Source of the DNA: Octopus sinensis
Taxonomy: Eukaryota
Reading direction: 5' to 3'
NCBI RefSeq assembly: GCF_006345805.1
Contig: NC_043004.1
Span: 39,680,001 to 39,744,000 of the forward strand
DNA length: 64,000 bases
Position numbers and translations under genes: made by a program. The notes beneath the pieces were generated by a model that saw nothing but the letters and a program-made list of their open reading frames with translations, was not told the origin of the DNA and searched no databases. Shown in pieces: positions 27,056 through 42,965 of the stretch (positions are counted from its first letter, which is position 1; every line of letters starts with the position of its first letter).

Positions 27056-27223
27056 TCTAGTCTACACATTTATGTAAAAACGTTTCCATGAAGGATGAGA
27101 TAATAAATAAAAAAGAGATTAATGAAACACTGCACAAAATGAATTTCTGTTTGGTTAAAATAAATTCCTGTTTAGGGTTGTTTTATGATTTTGTTTGTTT
27201 GATTTTGATTTTCGTTCTTTTAG

Positions 27224-27268
27224 ATCATGGGGGTGGGGCGTTGCTAAAAGACCATTAGTGGTCGGTAG
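27224..27268 (+). other. Candidate 45-nt internal exon
   Basis: Preceded by ttttgattttcgttcttttag and followed by gtgagt. One open frame (phase 2-2): (R)SWGWGVAKRPLVVG(R/S). Confidence 0.35.
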
Positions 27269-27395
27269 GTGAGTTTTAAAAGGTTGTTGATTGTTGGCCG
27301 TAGAGCTTCCGTCTTCGGTTGTATATCACGAAGAAAAACCCGGCCACTGCTGTTGGCGACAGCTGAATATTTCCTGCTCTAGGATGTTTATCACA

Positions 27396-27626
27396 AAGGC
27401 GGCGAGCTGGCAGAATCGTTAGCACGCCGGGCGAAATGCTTAGCAGTATTTCGTCTGCCGCTACGTTCTGAGTTCAAATTCCGCCGAGGTCGACTTTGCC
27501 TTTCATCCTTTCGGGGTCGATAAATTAAGTACCAGTTACGCACTGGGGTCGATATAATCGACTTAATCCGTTTGTCTGTCCTTGTTTGTCCTCTCTGTGT
27601 TTAGCCCCTTGTGGGTAGTAAAGAAA
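27396..27626 (+). mobile_element. SINE family A, young full-length copy with a 16-bp TSD
   Basis: Head ggcggcgagctggcagaatcgttagc, B-box gagttcaaattcc, core gcctttcatcctttcggggtcgataaa. TSD taggatgtttatcaca at 27380-27395 and 27627-27642. Confidence 0.95.
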
Positions 27627-28149
27627 TAGGATGTTTATCACATCAACAGGAGAGAACAAGAACGGTATCCGCACATGTCATAGGGTTGGAGACATCTCAC
27701 AAACGTTACTTCCTCCCACCGCATTAATACAATAAACGCGGGGACAGTTGCTTGACCTTTTGTGATCGGAAAGTATTTAGCAACGATTAATGTTTTTTAA
27801 CTTTGTTAGCTATAGAGAAGGGGAAGCGAATTATTGGGAATGTGCAATGTAAATGAAATAAGCCGGAGCTAGCATCGAACCAGGCGGGTAAACTTTCTCG
27901 CTTTCACTTCTTTTTAAGTGAACTGAATTGTGATATACATATGGACGAACTAAGACGTAATCCCGGTCTAAGAGATTCTCACTTCCAATAGATTAGACAA
28001 TGACAAAGATGCTGTTGTTTTCCTTGTTGTCATCGTCTGTTTTGCTCCAAATCGGCTTTATATATATATATTAGAGGGAAAACCACTATGTGGACACCCA
28101 TATGCTAGAAATAGATCCACTACGGTCTCACCACCAAGAAATGTTCTCA

Positions 28150-28303
28150 TATGCATATATATATGAATATATATATATGTGTATATGTATATATGAATAT
28201 ATATATGTATATATATGTATATGAATATATATATATGTATATATATATATATGTATATGTATATGTATATATATATATTTATATATGTATATATATATAT
28301 TTA

Positions 28304-28340
<37 letters not shown>

Positions 28341-28381
28341 TATATATATATATATTATATATGTATATATATATATATATG

Positions 28382-28422
<41 letters not shown>

Positions 28423-28501
28423 ATATATATATATATATATCTGTGTGTGTGTATATATATGTATATATATCTATCTTTGTGTGTATATATATGTATATAT
28501 A

Positions 28502-28546
<45 letters not shown>

Positions 28547-28652
28547 TATATATATATCTGTGTGTGTGTATATATACACATATATATATATTTATATATG
28601 TATATATATATACATACATATATATTAATATATACACAGATCCCTTAATTAC

Positions 28653-28685
<33 letters not shown>
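28150..28685. repeat. Long degenerate (TA)n/(TATG)n tract plus (CT)n
   Basis: Direct reading. Source of the YIYI ORFs. Confidence 0.97.
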
Positions 28686-28686
<1 letters not shown>

Positions 28687-30949
28687 CTCTTATATATAGA
28701 TTATGGATATATATGTATCTATATCTATATATGTATACATGTGTGTGTGTACGTGCGTGCGTGCGTGTGTAGTTATCGTATACAAGCGTGCTTCGATCGC
28801 AATCTCTTTCCTCTCTTGGAATGAGGAGAGCGTTCTAGTTGGCTGCATGCCAAATTTCAAAGAATTCTCGACGTTTATCTTTACACTAAAACAACCTTTA
28901 CCACGTTCATATTTATATACTTTTGCATAACACGACACACTCATGAACACAAGCACACACACACACGCACACACAAATGTAAGAGATCACCTACAAAGTT
29001 GCATATCAACTCCTGCCAGCATAAGACCGTTTATCTACACCCACAACATACATATATGTATTTTATATAGGCATGCAATTGTGAAGGCGCTTAACTGTGG
29101 TTAGAGCGTCGGGCTCACAATCATGAGGTTGTGAGTTCGATCCCGGACCGGGCTGTCTTATGTTCTTTATATACCTATATATACCCATATATATATGTAT
29201 ATATATATATATGCTTGTATGTATGCATATATAGATATATGCATACATACATATAAATGGAGTGAGGGATACATACGAACATACATTCAATCATACGTTC
29301 TCAGAAAACAAACCGACAATTATAGGAGTGGTTCCCGTCCGTAACTGGTGCCTTTCTACCTTTTAGGGATTTGGTTGCCACTAACACCTCCTTTAAATAT
29401 CGGATCATCCGTTGATTCATGAGTACTCTAATGTGTCAAATTTTCTACTGTTTTTCCACTCGTCATATTCTGTTGTATTGAGTTTTTATTGGGAGTACTC
29501 AAAAAAGCGTTTCTGTTTTTGTGTTGGTGTGGAACTTTGTTCCTTAATCAACTGACCTCACTTGAGAGAGAGACATTCTTGTTCTGATTGCCGAATACAC
29601 CTCTCAGTTTGCTAATATTTATCCTCACTTAAACTTGGATGTTCCATAAGAACAAACTATACTGCGTTAATTATCGCGAGAGAAGATCCCATATTGGCTT
29701 TTTTGTGCGAAATGTACGTCGTTTATATCGCTTGCGAGGAGATAAATCCCCGTTACCTCCAACACCGAGACCACCATATCACGTATATATTAACATCTTA
29801 GAAATATTTTCTTATTCTAATTCTCAATTTCGTTAAGAGACGATTTGGCCAAGTTATTAGAGCTAAGAACATGTCTTACACCCTTTTGACGTCTACAAAT
29901 TCTTTCTGAGTCCACTTTGTTTATCTTCTTTTCAGTAAGGTGGATTGACCGAACGGTAAGAGCAGAGAACAATGATCTTTTCTATTTGGTTGCACTTCTT
30001 GAAATTTTAAAATTAAGTGAAAATTTCAAAATTTGGTGTATTGATATAATTTTCCACGCTGAATCTCGGGGCGTAATTCACTTGTGCCAGAAAAATATTT
30101 GAAAAAAGGTTACAGAAGTTTGAAGAAATGAGAATTTTTACTCAGTCCGAAAGCCGGAGTTGGAAGCTATCATAATATACAACACATATTTTGTAGTTTT
30201 AAGCATTCAGTATGCATTTAATCCTAAAAAAAACACTACATTTTGTAGTTTTAAGAGCAGAAAAAAACAAACTGTAAACCAATGAAATATTTTTCATAAA
30301 CAAGTGTGTTTTATACAGGAGAGGTCCCAACGCTTGGCTTGTTACTCTGGAAACAGGCACCTATATATCTGCAGGTTTTGATTGGCTAAAACCAACCAAA
30401 ATTTGAAAACTTTAAAAGCTATTAACTGTTTTTTGAATTATGGCGAAAATGAATTTCATATCAATGATGAATATACAAAAGTACACTAATACACTAATAA
30501 GTTTGAAATCAATTGGAACAATATTAAAGAAATTGAAAAGTGGCAGGCAAACAGAAAAAAATACGAGAATGACACACGTAGGGGAATCGATACGCAGGGG
30601 CTAAACGTCGGAGAAATTGCGGCCAAATATCCTTTATATCACAGTCAAATGATTTGTGACTAGGGGTGGGAGACGAAATGCTCTCGACTGAAATACTTTT
30701 GATCATAGGCCTACACGCTTAGGGTTCACTTGAGATCAAAGAAACATGTACTGCTGTTGCTACTGCTACTACTACTACTACTACTACTACTACCATCACC
30801 ATTATTTTAATACTACTTCTACTAACTCTGCCTACACGAGGCAGAGCAGTAAGAAATGATTTGAAAGTGTGTAAGAAGCCCCCCACGCAAGAGCGATTTG
30901 AAGCCACTCTCCCTCTCTTTCTGTTTATCTCTGTCTCCCTCTTTATGTT

Positions 30950-30994
<45 letters not shown>

Positions 30995-31419
30995 CTATCT
31001 CAGACACATACACGCGTGCAAATACACACACACTTATTCAAATCATTACACGCGCAAGGATGCGATCAGATATACAGGCAAGTAGGCAGACACACAAGGA
31101 GACGGACAGGCGGAAAGGCTAGCACGCCTGCGAGCATACTTCACTGCAGCCAAGCGTTAGCAGAATCACTGGCGATAACGCAGTGTTGTGGCGTGTGATG
31201 TAATCTAGACGGTGAATCAACAGTTAGCTCAAGTAAAAAAGGATGTTGTTATGAGGCCTGGAGTTGTTTAGAATATAATCTTGATAAATGACAAACACCT
31301 GCTGACTTCCCTTTAAACCGGAAACTAGTCCCATTAAACAGGCAGGCTTCGATGATAGAGTGCTGTGAACCCTATTATCTTCCACAAAACCCTACTCCAT
31401 ATCATAAATCTTTAGCATA

Positions 31420-31652
31420 AATATATGTGTGTGTATATATATATACACACACACACACACATGCATACCCTCACACAAAACATATATACACGCATTAGTA
31501 TATATGTGTGGGTGTATATTATATATATACGCACGCACACATGCATATATATATATATATATTATATATATATATATATATATACATATATATATACACA
31601 TATATATGGATATATATATATTATACATATATATATATACACATATATATGC

Positions 31653-31704
<52 letters not shown>

Positions 31705-32070
31705 GTATATATATATATATATCAATATCAATAATAATAATCATATATATATATATATACGGAGTCGATAAATTTAGTATCAGTTGCGTAATGGGGTCGA
31801 TCTAATCGACTGGGCCCCCTCCCCCAAAATTTCGGGCCTTGTGAATATATAAATATATATATATATATATATATGTATATACATGCATATGTGAATATAT
31901 ATATAATATATATATAATATATATATACATATATGTGAATATATATACATATAAGGATATATATATATATATATATATACACACACTCACACACATACAT
32001 AGACACACACAGATGCACGCATATATACACACATAGAGACAGACACACACGCGCGCGTGTGTGTGTGTGG
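31420..32070. repeat. (TA)n/(CA)n tracts containing a family A SINE 3' fragment (31760-31845)
   Basis: Direct reading. Confidence 0.9.
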
Positions 32071-32697
32071 TGCATAATTATGTAATTGGCTTTGGACGAG
32101 AAATTTTATCTTTACATTGCATTGTTTTTTGTTGAAATTTGCTGAATTTTGTTGAACTTTGTATTTTTGTTATCTTTATTTTTTTGTACGGTGTTGTTTA
32201 TATGAGTGTGTTTATGTGTGTCCTTGTTATTGTGTTGTTTTTGTTGTTGTTGTTTGTGTTTTTGTTCGTATCTTCTGCTGCTTGTGTGTATGTGTATCAT
32301 ACGTTTTATGATGCAATATATATGTGTTAACTCAGTATTTTATAATACTGTTTTATAATAGTGTTTTATGACGTGTGTGCGCTATTATATGGAATGTGTG
32401 CAGTATTTTTCTATAATGCCCCCTCTGTGTGTGCGTGCGTGCGTGCGTGCGTGCGTGTGTGTGTTTGTGTGTGTGTGTGTGTGTGTGTTATGGCGCGCGG
32501 TTTTTTCTCTGTCCGGAAATTGTGAAAGAGGATCACAGCCAGCACGACGAGAGTCAAGTGTAAGTTAAATTAAAAACCTTGACGCGACAGCAACCAAAAC
32601 TGACACGTTTTAGTTGACAAATCCTGGCTTTTATAAAGTAAATATTATACCAAAGCGAATTCTCAAGTTGATTTCCAACATAACGTGAAATAAATGT

Positions 32698-32759
<62 letters not shown>

Positions 32760-32760
<1 letters not shown>

Positions 32761-32975
32761 CCTTTGTACTGGAGGCAGAAGACCTCATATTTGTGGGGAG
32801 GGGAGTAGTCGATTACATCGACCCCAGTGTTTCACTGCTACTTAATTTATCGACCCCGAAAGGATGAAAGGCAAAGTCGATCTCGGGGGAATTTGAACTC
32901 AGAACGTAAAGACAGATGAATTACCGCTAAGCATTTCCTCCAGCGTGCCAGCATTGCTGCCAGTTCTCCGCCTTA
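32760..32975 (-). mobile_element. SINE family A between (AAT)n tracts
   Basis: Core and head on the minus strand. Confidence 0.88.
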
Positions 32976-32980
32976 ATAAC

Positions 32981-33039
<59 letters not shown>

Positions 33040-33346
33040 GGGATTCTTTGAGGTTTGAATAATTCACCTCTGGAAACATGGGTGTTTCATTCAACATCCT
33101 TAAACAACCCTTATTCAGGAACCTTTTGAGCGGGATGGGTTACTCGACCAGAAGAAAATTCTAACTGGGCTCCACCTGCAAGGTCATGTGCTGTTTATCT
33201 TGATATGAGATCACCATGTTGTGCACATATGGTTGTGATGCATGTGCCTGGTGTACCCTTATCAGACGGGTAGTCATGATGAGTATATTGGGCTTCGTAT
33301 ATTTTACCCCAGTGTCACTTTGATGGCATGCACTGCACTCTCACTC
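33040..33346 (+). mobile_element. Probable 3' end/UTR of a non-LTR retrotransposon inserted in (AAT)n
   Basis: A ~307-bp unique segment sharply bounded by (AAT)n on both sides. Family not identifiable. Confidence 0.45.
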
Positions 33347-33409
33347 AATAATAATAATAATAATAATAATAATATTAATAATAATAATAATATTAATAAT
33401 AATAATAAT

Positions 33410-33950
33410 GATCCTTTCTACTTGAAGCACAAGGCCTCAAATGTTGTTCAAACATACTAACGATCGTACCAGCTCGCGACCTTACATTCTTTCAATCGAT
33501 TAAATCGATCCTAGTATTTTATTTTATCGACAATAGAGCGATGAAATGTAAAGTTTCCCGCAGCGGGATTTGAATTCAGAACTTTGAGAACCGGAAGAAG
33601 AACCACCAAGCACTTTGTCTGTAGCGCAAATGATTTTGCCAGCTCGCTGACGTAAAGCATTTTGCCACTAAGCATTTTGCCTGGCGGGCTAACGGTTCTG
33701 CTAGCTTGTCGGCTTAAATTTCAAGATAATAATGGCTTTAAATTTTGGCACAAGGACAGTAAGTTTCGGGGAAGGGAAGCAAATCGTCTACAACGACTCT
33801 AGTACGCAACTGTTACTTATTTTGTAAACCCCGAAGAGGAAGAAAGGCAAAGCTGACCTCGGCAGTATTTGAACTCAGATCGTAAAGAGAAATGAAATAC
33901 CGCTAAGTATTTTGCCCAGAGCGTTAATGATTTTGCTGGCTGGCTGAGTG
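33410..33950 (-). mobile_element. Degraded family A SINE copies
   Basis: Several head and core remnants. Confidence 0.7.
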
Positions 33951-34097
33951 AAATTTCATGATAATAACAGTAAACGTTTTTTCATTAACCTCAAAGAGTA
34001 TGAAATGATATAAAACACAAAGGACCTTGAAACACAGATTAAAACTACATGTTCGGTGGGACAGAGCAAATTATATAAGATACAATAAGATACAATA

Positions 34098-34330
34098 AGG
34101 CGGCGAGCTGGCAGAAACGTTAGCGCGCAGGGCCTAATGCTTAGCGGTATTTCGTCTGTCGTTACGTTCTGAGTTCGAATTCCGCCGAGGTCGACTTTGC
34201 CTTTCATCCTTTCAGGGTCGATAAATAAAGTACCAGTTTCGCACTGGGGTCGATGTAATCGACTTAATCCCTTTGTCTGTCCTTGTTTGTCCCCTCTATG
34301 TTTAGCCCCTTGTGGGTAGTAAAGCAATAT
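34098..34330 (+). mobile_element. SINE family A, full-length
   Basis: Near-identical to 27396-27626. ataagatacaat on both flanks. Confidence 0.92.
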
Positions 34331-34819
34331 ATATAAGATACAATTAAAGAGGATACAAGTTTAAAAATATAAAAGCACAATTAATTACGCAAATATAAAT
34401 AAAACAAACATTAATTAAAACAAGCTGCAATTTAATCAGAAAACAAACAATGAGAAACATTTGGGGTTTTCGCCCACACATTATGAGTAATCACTGATTA
34501 GGTCGAATTAGGAAAACCGACGTCTCGACCTGCCAGCACGTACTGTACCCAGGTGCACCCAGAGGTGACCGCTAAGATCTTTTGAGTGGGTTATAATAGA
34601 TAACAAGCCACGTCTTCAGGATACATCTGTTTCAGTTCAGAATAAATATTTTTCTATTATTATTTTTTCCAGCATCTTCATTTCGTGTGTCTTCTATATA
34701 CCAACTCCATCTGTCTCTCAGTAAACCATCACTGCAATACACTTTGTACACAAATGGTATTGCAGTGATTGCACATATTAGATCTTGGTTTCAAATGCTG
34801 TTTTCTAAAAGCAAACTGA

Positions 34820-34906
34820 AAGATAGATAGACAGATAGATAGATAGATAGAAAGATAGATAGATTGATACATACATACGTAGAAATATAAATGAATAAAT
34901 GGATGG

Positions 34907-34955
<49 letters not shown>

Positions 34956-34960
34956 ATATA

Positions 34961-34991
<31 letters not shown>

Positions 34992-35062
34992 CATATATAT
35001 ATAAATACATATATATACATATATATATATAATATATATATACATATGTATATATATAATAT

Positions 35063-35096
<34 letters not shown>

Positions 35097-35188
35097 CATA
35101 TAATATACATATATATATATACATACATATATATATGTATATATATACATATATATATATATACATATGTATATATATATATATATAT
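34820..35188. repeat. (GATA)n, (CT)n and (TA)n tracts
   Basis: Direct reading. Confidence 0.95.
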
Positions 35189-35394
35189 TAGTTCACAGAT
35201 AAGATCCAGAGACTCTCAGTATAGAAAACACTTGGTAGAGCTCAAAAGATTCGAACTTAGACTCCCTTGTCTTTACAGAGGATCATTCCACGGGGTAAAG
35301 AGGGGTTATAAGAGAGATCATGTTGAACGTCGTATGAAGGTAATTATGCAGATAAATAAATTAGACACATCAAATATATTAAATACATCATATA

Positions 35395-36212
35395 CGTCGA
35401 TCCCAGTGCGTAACTGGTACTTAATTTATCGATCCCGAAAGGATGAAAGCCAAAGTCGACCTCGGCGGAATTTGAACTCAGAACGTAGCGGCACACGAAA
35501 TACCTATTTCTTTACTACCCACAAGGGGCTAAACACTGAGAGTACAAACGGATTAAGTCGATTATATCGATCCCAGTGCGTAACTGGTACTTAATTTATC
35601 GACCCCAAAAGGATGAAAGGCAAAGTCGACCTCGGCGGAATTTGAACTCAGAACGTAACGGCAGACGAAATACGGCTACGCATTTCGCCCGTCGTGCTAA
35701 CGCTTCTGCCAGCTCACCGCCTTCTTAACAATAATAACAATTATTATTATCATTATTATTTCAAATTTTTGCCACAACAGCAGATTGCGGGAGGTGGAGA
35801 TGAGTCGTTTGCATCCACCCCAGTGTTCAAATGGTACTTATTTTATCGACCCCGAAAGGATGATAGATGAAGTCGACGTTGGCGGAATTTTTTTCTAAGA
35901 ACGTAGCGACGGGCGAAATTCCGTTAAGCATTTAATCCAGCGTGCTAGCGATTCTGCCAGCTCGCCGCCTTCTTTATGATAATAACAATAATATTAATGA
36001 TAATATTGGTTTCAAATTTTGCCGTAAGGGCAGCAATTTTGGATGATGGGATGAGCCGATTACATCGACCCTAGTGTTCAACTGGTACTTAATGTATCGA
36101 TTCCAAAAGGATGAAAGGAAGGTCAACCTCGGCAGAACTTAAACTCAGAACGCAGCTACCAGCGAAATATCGCTAATCATTTCGTCCGACGTGCTAACGA
36201 TTCTACCATCTT
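35395..36212 (-). mobile_element. Array of four family A SINE copies
   Basis: Cores at about 35395-35500, 35505-35722, 35760-35970 and 36007-36210. Confidence 0.88.
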
Positions 36213-36793
36213 TTTAATAATAATAATAATAATAATGATAATAATAATGATAATAATGATGATGATAATGATAATAATGATGATGATAATGATGATGATA
36301 ATGATGATGATGATGATGATGATGGAAAAACTTAGACAACAAACCATTTACTAATTTTTTGTCTGACAGTTTATTGAATTATAGAAATATCACATTCGAT
36401 TACAATATAATTAACTCTAAATTGTTCCCCATGAGATTATCCGCCATCCGAGATCATAAACACTGTTGAATTTGTGTTATAAATGAAAACGTTAATTTAC
36501 AAACCGAGTTGTACAAAAGCAAGTGGCTACTTACTGACCTTTTTGAAACAACCTCATGTTTTTTGTTTTGTTTTGCTTCTTTTTTTTTTTTTGCTTGTTT
36601 TCTTCTTTCAACCCTGCTCCAGTCATTGGACTGCGGCCGTACTGGGGCACCATCTTAAAGGACTTAGTCACACAGATCGATCCTAGGACATCTATAGAAA
36701 AAATATTAAATAGTGCAATACAGCAGTAATTGCTTTCTAGTAAAACAAAGCAGCATCAGGTTAAAATGTATATATATATATATATATATATAT

Positions 36794-37288
36794 AGGATAA
36801 ATGTAAAAAAACACAAACTGGTACAAGAACGCAAAACATTTAGAAGACGATACAAAAAAAACGGACGGGACATTCGAAGCCTTCAATCTTCAGTCAAAAA
36901 CCGGATCATCTTCGCAATTTCGGCTGATTAATTTTGAGATTGCTCCGACCTGGCCAGCCCCAAAGGAAAATCTAAGCCAAGCGCATTAGATTCCTTGGAA
37001 GAAAGCCTCGAATGTATACAAAACAAGGACGGGAACGAATAAGAATACAAAAATACGTAAAAATAATAATGATAACACGAATAAGAATAAGAAAATACGT
37101 AAAAACAATAATGATAATAATAATAACAAAAACAGGACGTTACAGACAGGTGTCTTTTCGACAGGACGGGTGAACTTGAGCTGGCGCATTGAAAAATTGC
37201 CTAAAGGCGAAGAGAGAAATAAAATGTGTCTGGCCTATACGGCTGTTGATCACGAAAAGGCAGGACAGCAGTCCAAAAGTTAGTCACG
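36794..37288. mobile_element. TA-flanked repeat, possibly a Penelope-like terminal repeat (related fragment at 56430-56570)
   Basis: Shares cattc(g/a)aagccttca(a/t)tcttcagt...aatttcggctg with 56510-56566. Both abut (TA)n. Confidence 0.45.
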
Positions 37289-37785
37289 TATATATGTATA
37301 TGTATGTATGTATGTATGTATATGTATGTCTACAATCACGTGACAAAACACTCACAACACAGATTGTTTGGTACCGTCACTGGACATGTTCAGTCAACCG
37401 TATCAGCCTCGACTTACGACGTCAAACATTATCACTTGATTCTAACACACGGACGTAGCGAGGAACCTACAAAACTGTCTAAGACCTGTCATGTGACTAT
37501 ACTCTAATCATCAAGTTCTCTTCAAAACTAATTCAGCCATAAGCCCCCTATAAAAATAGGCTAAGCTTCAAACACTAGTCAGAAGCAAAACAAAAGCGAC
37601 ATAAGCCATGTCTTACTATTTAAATGTTTTGAAAATCAGTACAAACTCTGAAACCGGTTAAATCTTTAAATATAATAATAAAAGAATATTTTAACTATTC
37701 TCAGTGAATTTTCAACTTCTATTTTTCCTATATTTCTACCCGTGTTGAACAGAATAACTTTGTTTTATATATATATATATATATA

Positions 37786-39448
<1,663 letters not shown>

Positions 39449-40149
39449 ATATATATATATCTATATATATATATATAAGCATACATGCATACAAACACAC
39501 ACACAAATAGATGTAATGCAACGTCTCCCATGAAGTATGTGTTCAGTTAAATGTCTGTATTAGTTACACTGTTAACTTTAGTAAACAATTAAGGTACTTT
39601 TTTCTGAATCTATTAAAGTAGGTTTTACTATATCAGTAATAATAGTTTAGTATAACAACTTTCTTTAAAACTACAACTTGTTCAAATATTTCTATATTCA
39701 ATGCTGTCTATGAACACATTTTTATATTTCTATATTTAGTATGTTCTTAGAGATCCTTGCTGCATTATGTCTACCTATTTCTTATAAGTTGTAATTTGTC
39801 TTGTCTAATTGTGTACCCCAACCTTAAGAAATTCTCTTGCTATTATCTTCTTTTCTTTTGTGTATCGCTTCCCTCCTCTTTTTTCTCACATTCTTTCTCT
39901 TCTTTGATATACGATACCAGAGTTGCAACCCATTAAATTATGATAATGGCTAACCATTAACACAGTCTCATTCACCCACTTCCGGTTGGTTTTGGTTATA
40001 TTTGGCAGTGAGCCCTTTCCTTGTAAAATGATACCCTTTATATTGGTAGGGTCTTATGTCAGTGTAACAACAGAAAGATACCAACAGCAGCAATGGCAGC
40101 TTCTGATAGTTTACCTGACTGCTTCATTAACATACTTTTACTATAAAAC

Positions 40150-40360
40150 AACAAGGAAACCTCTATGCAGACGTTCGACCGGCTAGAAATTGCAGTTAAA
40201 TCTCCCTCAAATAATACCCTGCCGACTTTGAAAAAGAACTGTCACATTAAGTTTAGTAGCTCTAGATAAATTATTCCTAAAAAAATAGGGGATGTTCATA
40301 GCTACAGTATCTTTCAACATCGGTCTGCCGGAGCAGGAGTGATCTGAGCTTAAACAACTG
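40150..40360 (+). repeat. Old dispersed repeat family with a ctagaaatarcagccaaa motif
   Basis: Diverged relatives at about 650-830, 3670-3840, 13080-13280, 20620-20660, 21240-21370, 25770-25950 and 59935-60010, in either orientation. Confidence 0.5.
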
Positions 40361-40518
40361 CATAGTTTGCCGTCGTTTAAGTATATGACATTTTCAATAT
40401 ATATATATATCTATATACAAGCTACAATGACTATAAAAAAAGAGATTGATACAAAGTGGAATTATACTATAATAGTTATATGGTCTGATAGATCAGAGTA
40501 ACGGTAAAGATCTCCTTT

Positions 40519-40752
40519 AAGGTGGCGAGCTGGCAGAAACGTTAGCACGCCGGACGAAATCCGTAGCCGTATTTCGTCTGCCGTTACGTTCTGAGTTCAA
40601 ATTCCGCCGAGGTCGACTTTGCCTTTCATCCTTTCGGGGTCGATAAATTAAGTACCAGTTACGCACTGGGGTCGATATAATCGACTTATTCCCTTTGTCT
40701 GTCCTTGTTTGTCCACTCTGTGTTTGGCCCCTTGTGGGTAGTAAAGAAATAA
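40519..40752 (+). mobile_element. SINE family A nested at the tail of a family D copy
   Basis: Full-length, flanked by ggtaaaga(t/c)c(t/c)cctt. Confidence 0.9.
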
Positions 40753-41093
40753 GGTAAAGACCCCCTTCGGTCATAAATAACAATGGGATTGCACCTAGAA
40801 AGTTACCATCCGAGGTACAAGTCCGGGCAAGGATGTTTGTGGGAGAACAGCAGTCACCCATGTATACCAGCCTCTCCTCTCCATGCCACCGATGTCGTAC
40901 AAGGGAAAGGCCGATACAGCTTCGCACCAGTGACTTCGCAACCCATTTCTACAGCTGAGTGAACTGGAGCAACATGAAATGAAGTGTCTTGCCCAAGAAT
41001 ATAATACACAACTCACAACTCAGTCCGAGAATTGAACTCACTACCTCGTGATTGTGAGCCCGACGCTCTAACCCCTGAGTCATGCGCCTTCAC
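40753..41093 (-). mobile_element. SINE family D (second tail type)
   Basis: Minus-strand head gtgaaggcgcatgactcagggg. Homologous to 26710-27055. Confidence 0.85.
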
Positions 41094-42072
41094 TTTGATA
41101 GATCAAAATAGAATATATATATATACTACGGGATAATATTGGTTTCAAATTTTGCCACAATGCCAGCAATTCGGGGGGGGGGGGTGAAGAACGGGTAAGT
41201 CGCTTAAATGGACTACAGTGCTCAGCTGGTACTTAATTTATCGAACCTCAAAGACAGAGTCAACCTCGACGAAATTTGAACTCAGCCTGCTAACGATTCT
41301 GCCAGCTTACCGCCTTATATTTCAAATTAATATTAAGCACAAATGAAGAAGGTGAATTAGGAGTAAAGGTAGAGTGTTTTTCAAATTTTTTACTGACTTT
41401 TATCGTGTTCTTTAATGCTTCTCAGTTCGGATTTATGACGCAGTCGACTTCGACTTTTATCCTCTCCGAGACCGATAAAGTATATTCTTCGGTTAAGTTA
41501 CTTTTCTGTCACATCTCTCAAATATTTCTACCCGTATGTCACTGTTAGAAATCAATATTAACCCATAAAGTGCTGGGATTTGAACTTACATAGCATGGAC
41601 TGCCGAGCATATTTTATGAAAATTAGACTACCATGCACACATAAAAAACAAAAAAATAGTTAAAATATCTTCTTAGTATATAATAGTGGCAAGTTTTACA
41701 TCATCTGAACAGTCATTAGTTGAACTATTAGCTCTCTTGCATTCAGGAGGGTTATCGGAGCGTTTGAGTGACATTAGACCCCAACAAACGCCCATAAATT
41801 AAATCATCTATCTGGGCCACGATTGTGGCCCGTCGCACGTTATGTCTTAAGCAATCATCAGTTATTTATTTAACAAAGCTAGTATAATGTAATTAAATCA
41901 CGACTTATCGATACCCAAAATAAACGAATCACAAAGGTCATTATGATTGGCATTTAGATGTTCCTTGAAGAACACTGAATGGTGCATTAATCCATTTTCA
42001 TAGGTTTTCCCTAAATGTTCAAGCTTATGGTCAGACTTCAAGTTAATCCTTGTTTCATACGTTCTGAACATA

Positions 42073-42375
42073 GGTACTAGAAGCGTAGAGTGGTCCCGGT
42101 TTGCGCACACGCGCAGACGCACGTCCGTGCTAGCCAGACGTAGGCAGTCGATCCTACGAGCTGACTGGCGCATGCACGATATATACGATATATACTTGTA
42201 TCGATATATACTTGTATATATATATATCGTATACAAGTATATATCGATACAAGTATATATCGTATATATCGTGCATGCGCCAGTCAGCTCGTAGGATCGA
42301 CTGCCTACGTCTGGCTAGCGCGGACGCGCGTCTGCGCGTGTGCGCAAACCGGGACCACTCTACGATACTAGTACC
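42073..42375. mobile_element. Foldback (palindromic) MITE with a 9-bp TSD, Mutator- or Merlin-like
   Basis: 146-bp inverted arms (42073-42218 / 42230-42375) with few mismatches and an 11-nt loop. GG...CC termini. TSD ctgaacata at 42064-42072 and 42376-42384. Confidence 0.93.
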
Positions 42376-42507
42376 CTGAACATATACAAAGCTTCCTTTC
42401 ATAAGTTGTCAGTGCCTCTGGTGGTCTAAAAAATACGAAATGTGCATCGGGGCGCCGGCACAGGGTTAAAAAAAAGCTAACAGTAGTTATATTACTCTCT
42501 CTCTCTT

Positions 42508-42554
<47 letters not shown>

Positions 42555-42758
42555 TTACTCTTTTACTTGTTTCAGTCATTTGACTGCGGCCATGCTGGAG
42601 CACCGCCTTTAGTCGAGCAAATCAACCCCGGGACTTATTCTTTGTAAGCCCAGTACTTATTCTATCGGTCTCTTTTGCCGAACCGCTAAGTGACGGGGAC
42701 GTAAACACACCAGCATCCGTTGTCAAGCAATGCTAGGGGGACAAACACAGACACACAA

Positions 42759-42836
<78 letters not shown>

Positions 42837-42965
42837 GACAGGCTTCTTTCAGTTTCCGTCTACCAAATCCACTCACAAGGCATTGGTCGGCCCGGGGCTA
42901 TAGCAGAAGATACTTGCCCAAGATGCCACGCAGTGGGACTGAACCCGGAACCATGTGGTTTGTTA
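42555..42965 (-). mobile_element. SINE family B
   Basis: Colinear with 2724-3148, 5' truncated. Confidence 0.9.

Noticed and set aside
29830-30520. AT-rich segment resembling a non-autonomous DNA transposon interior
   Set aside because: TIRs and a TSD could not be defined.
34728-34769. 13-bp perfect hairpin atcactgcaatac/gtattgcagtgat
   Set aside because: Too short for a pre-miRNA and no recognised family. Could be chance or a MITE relic.
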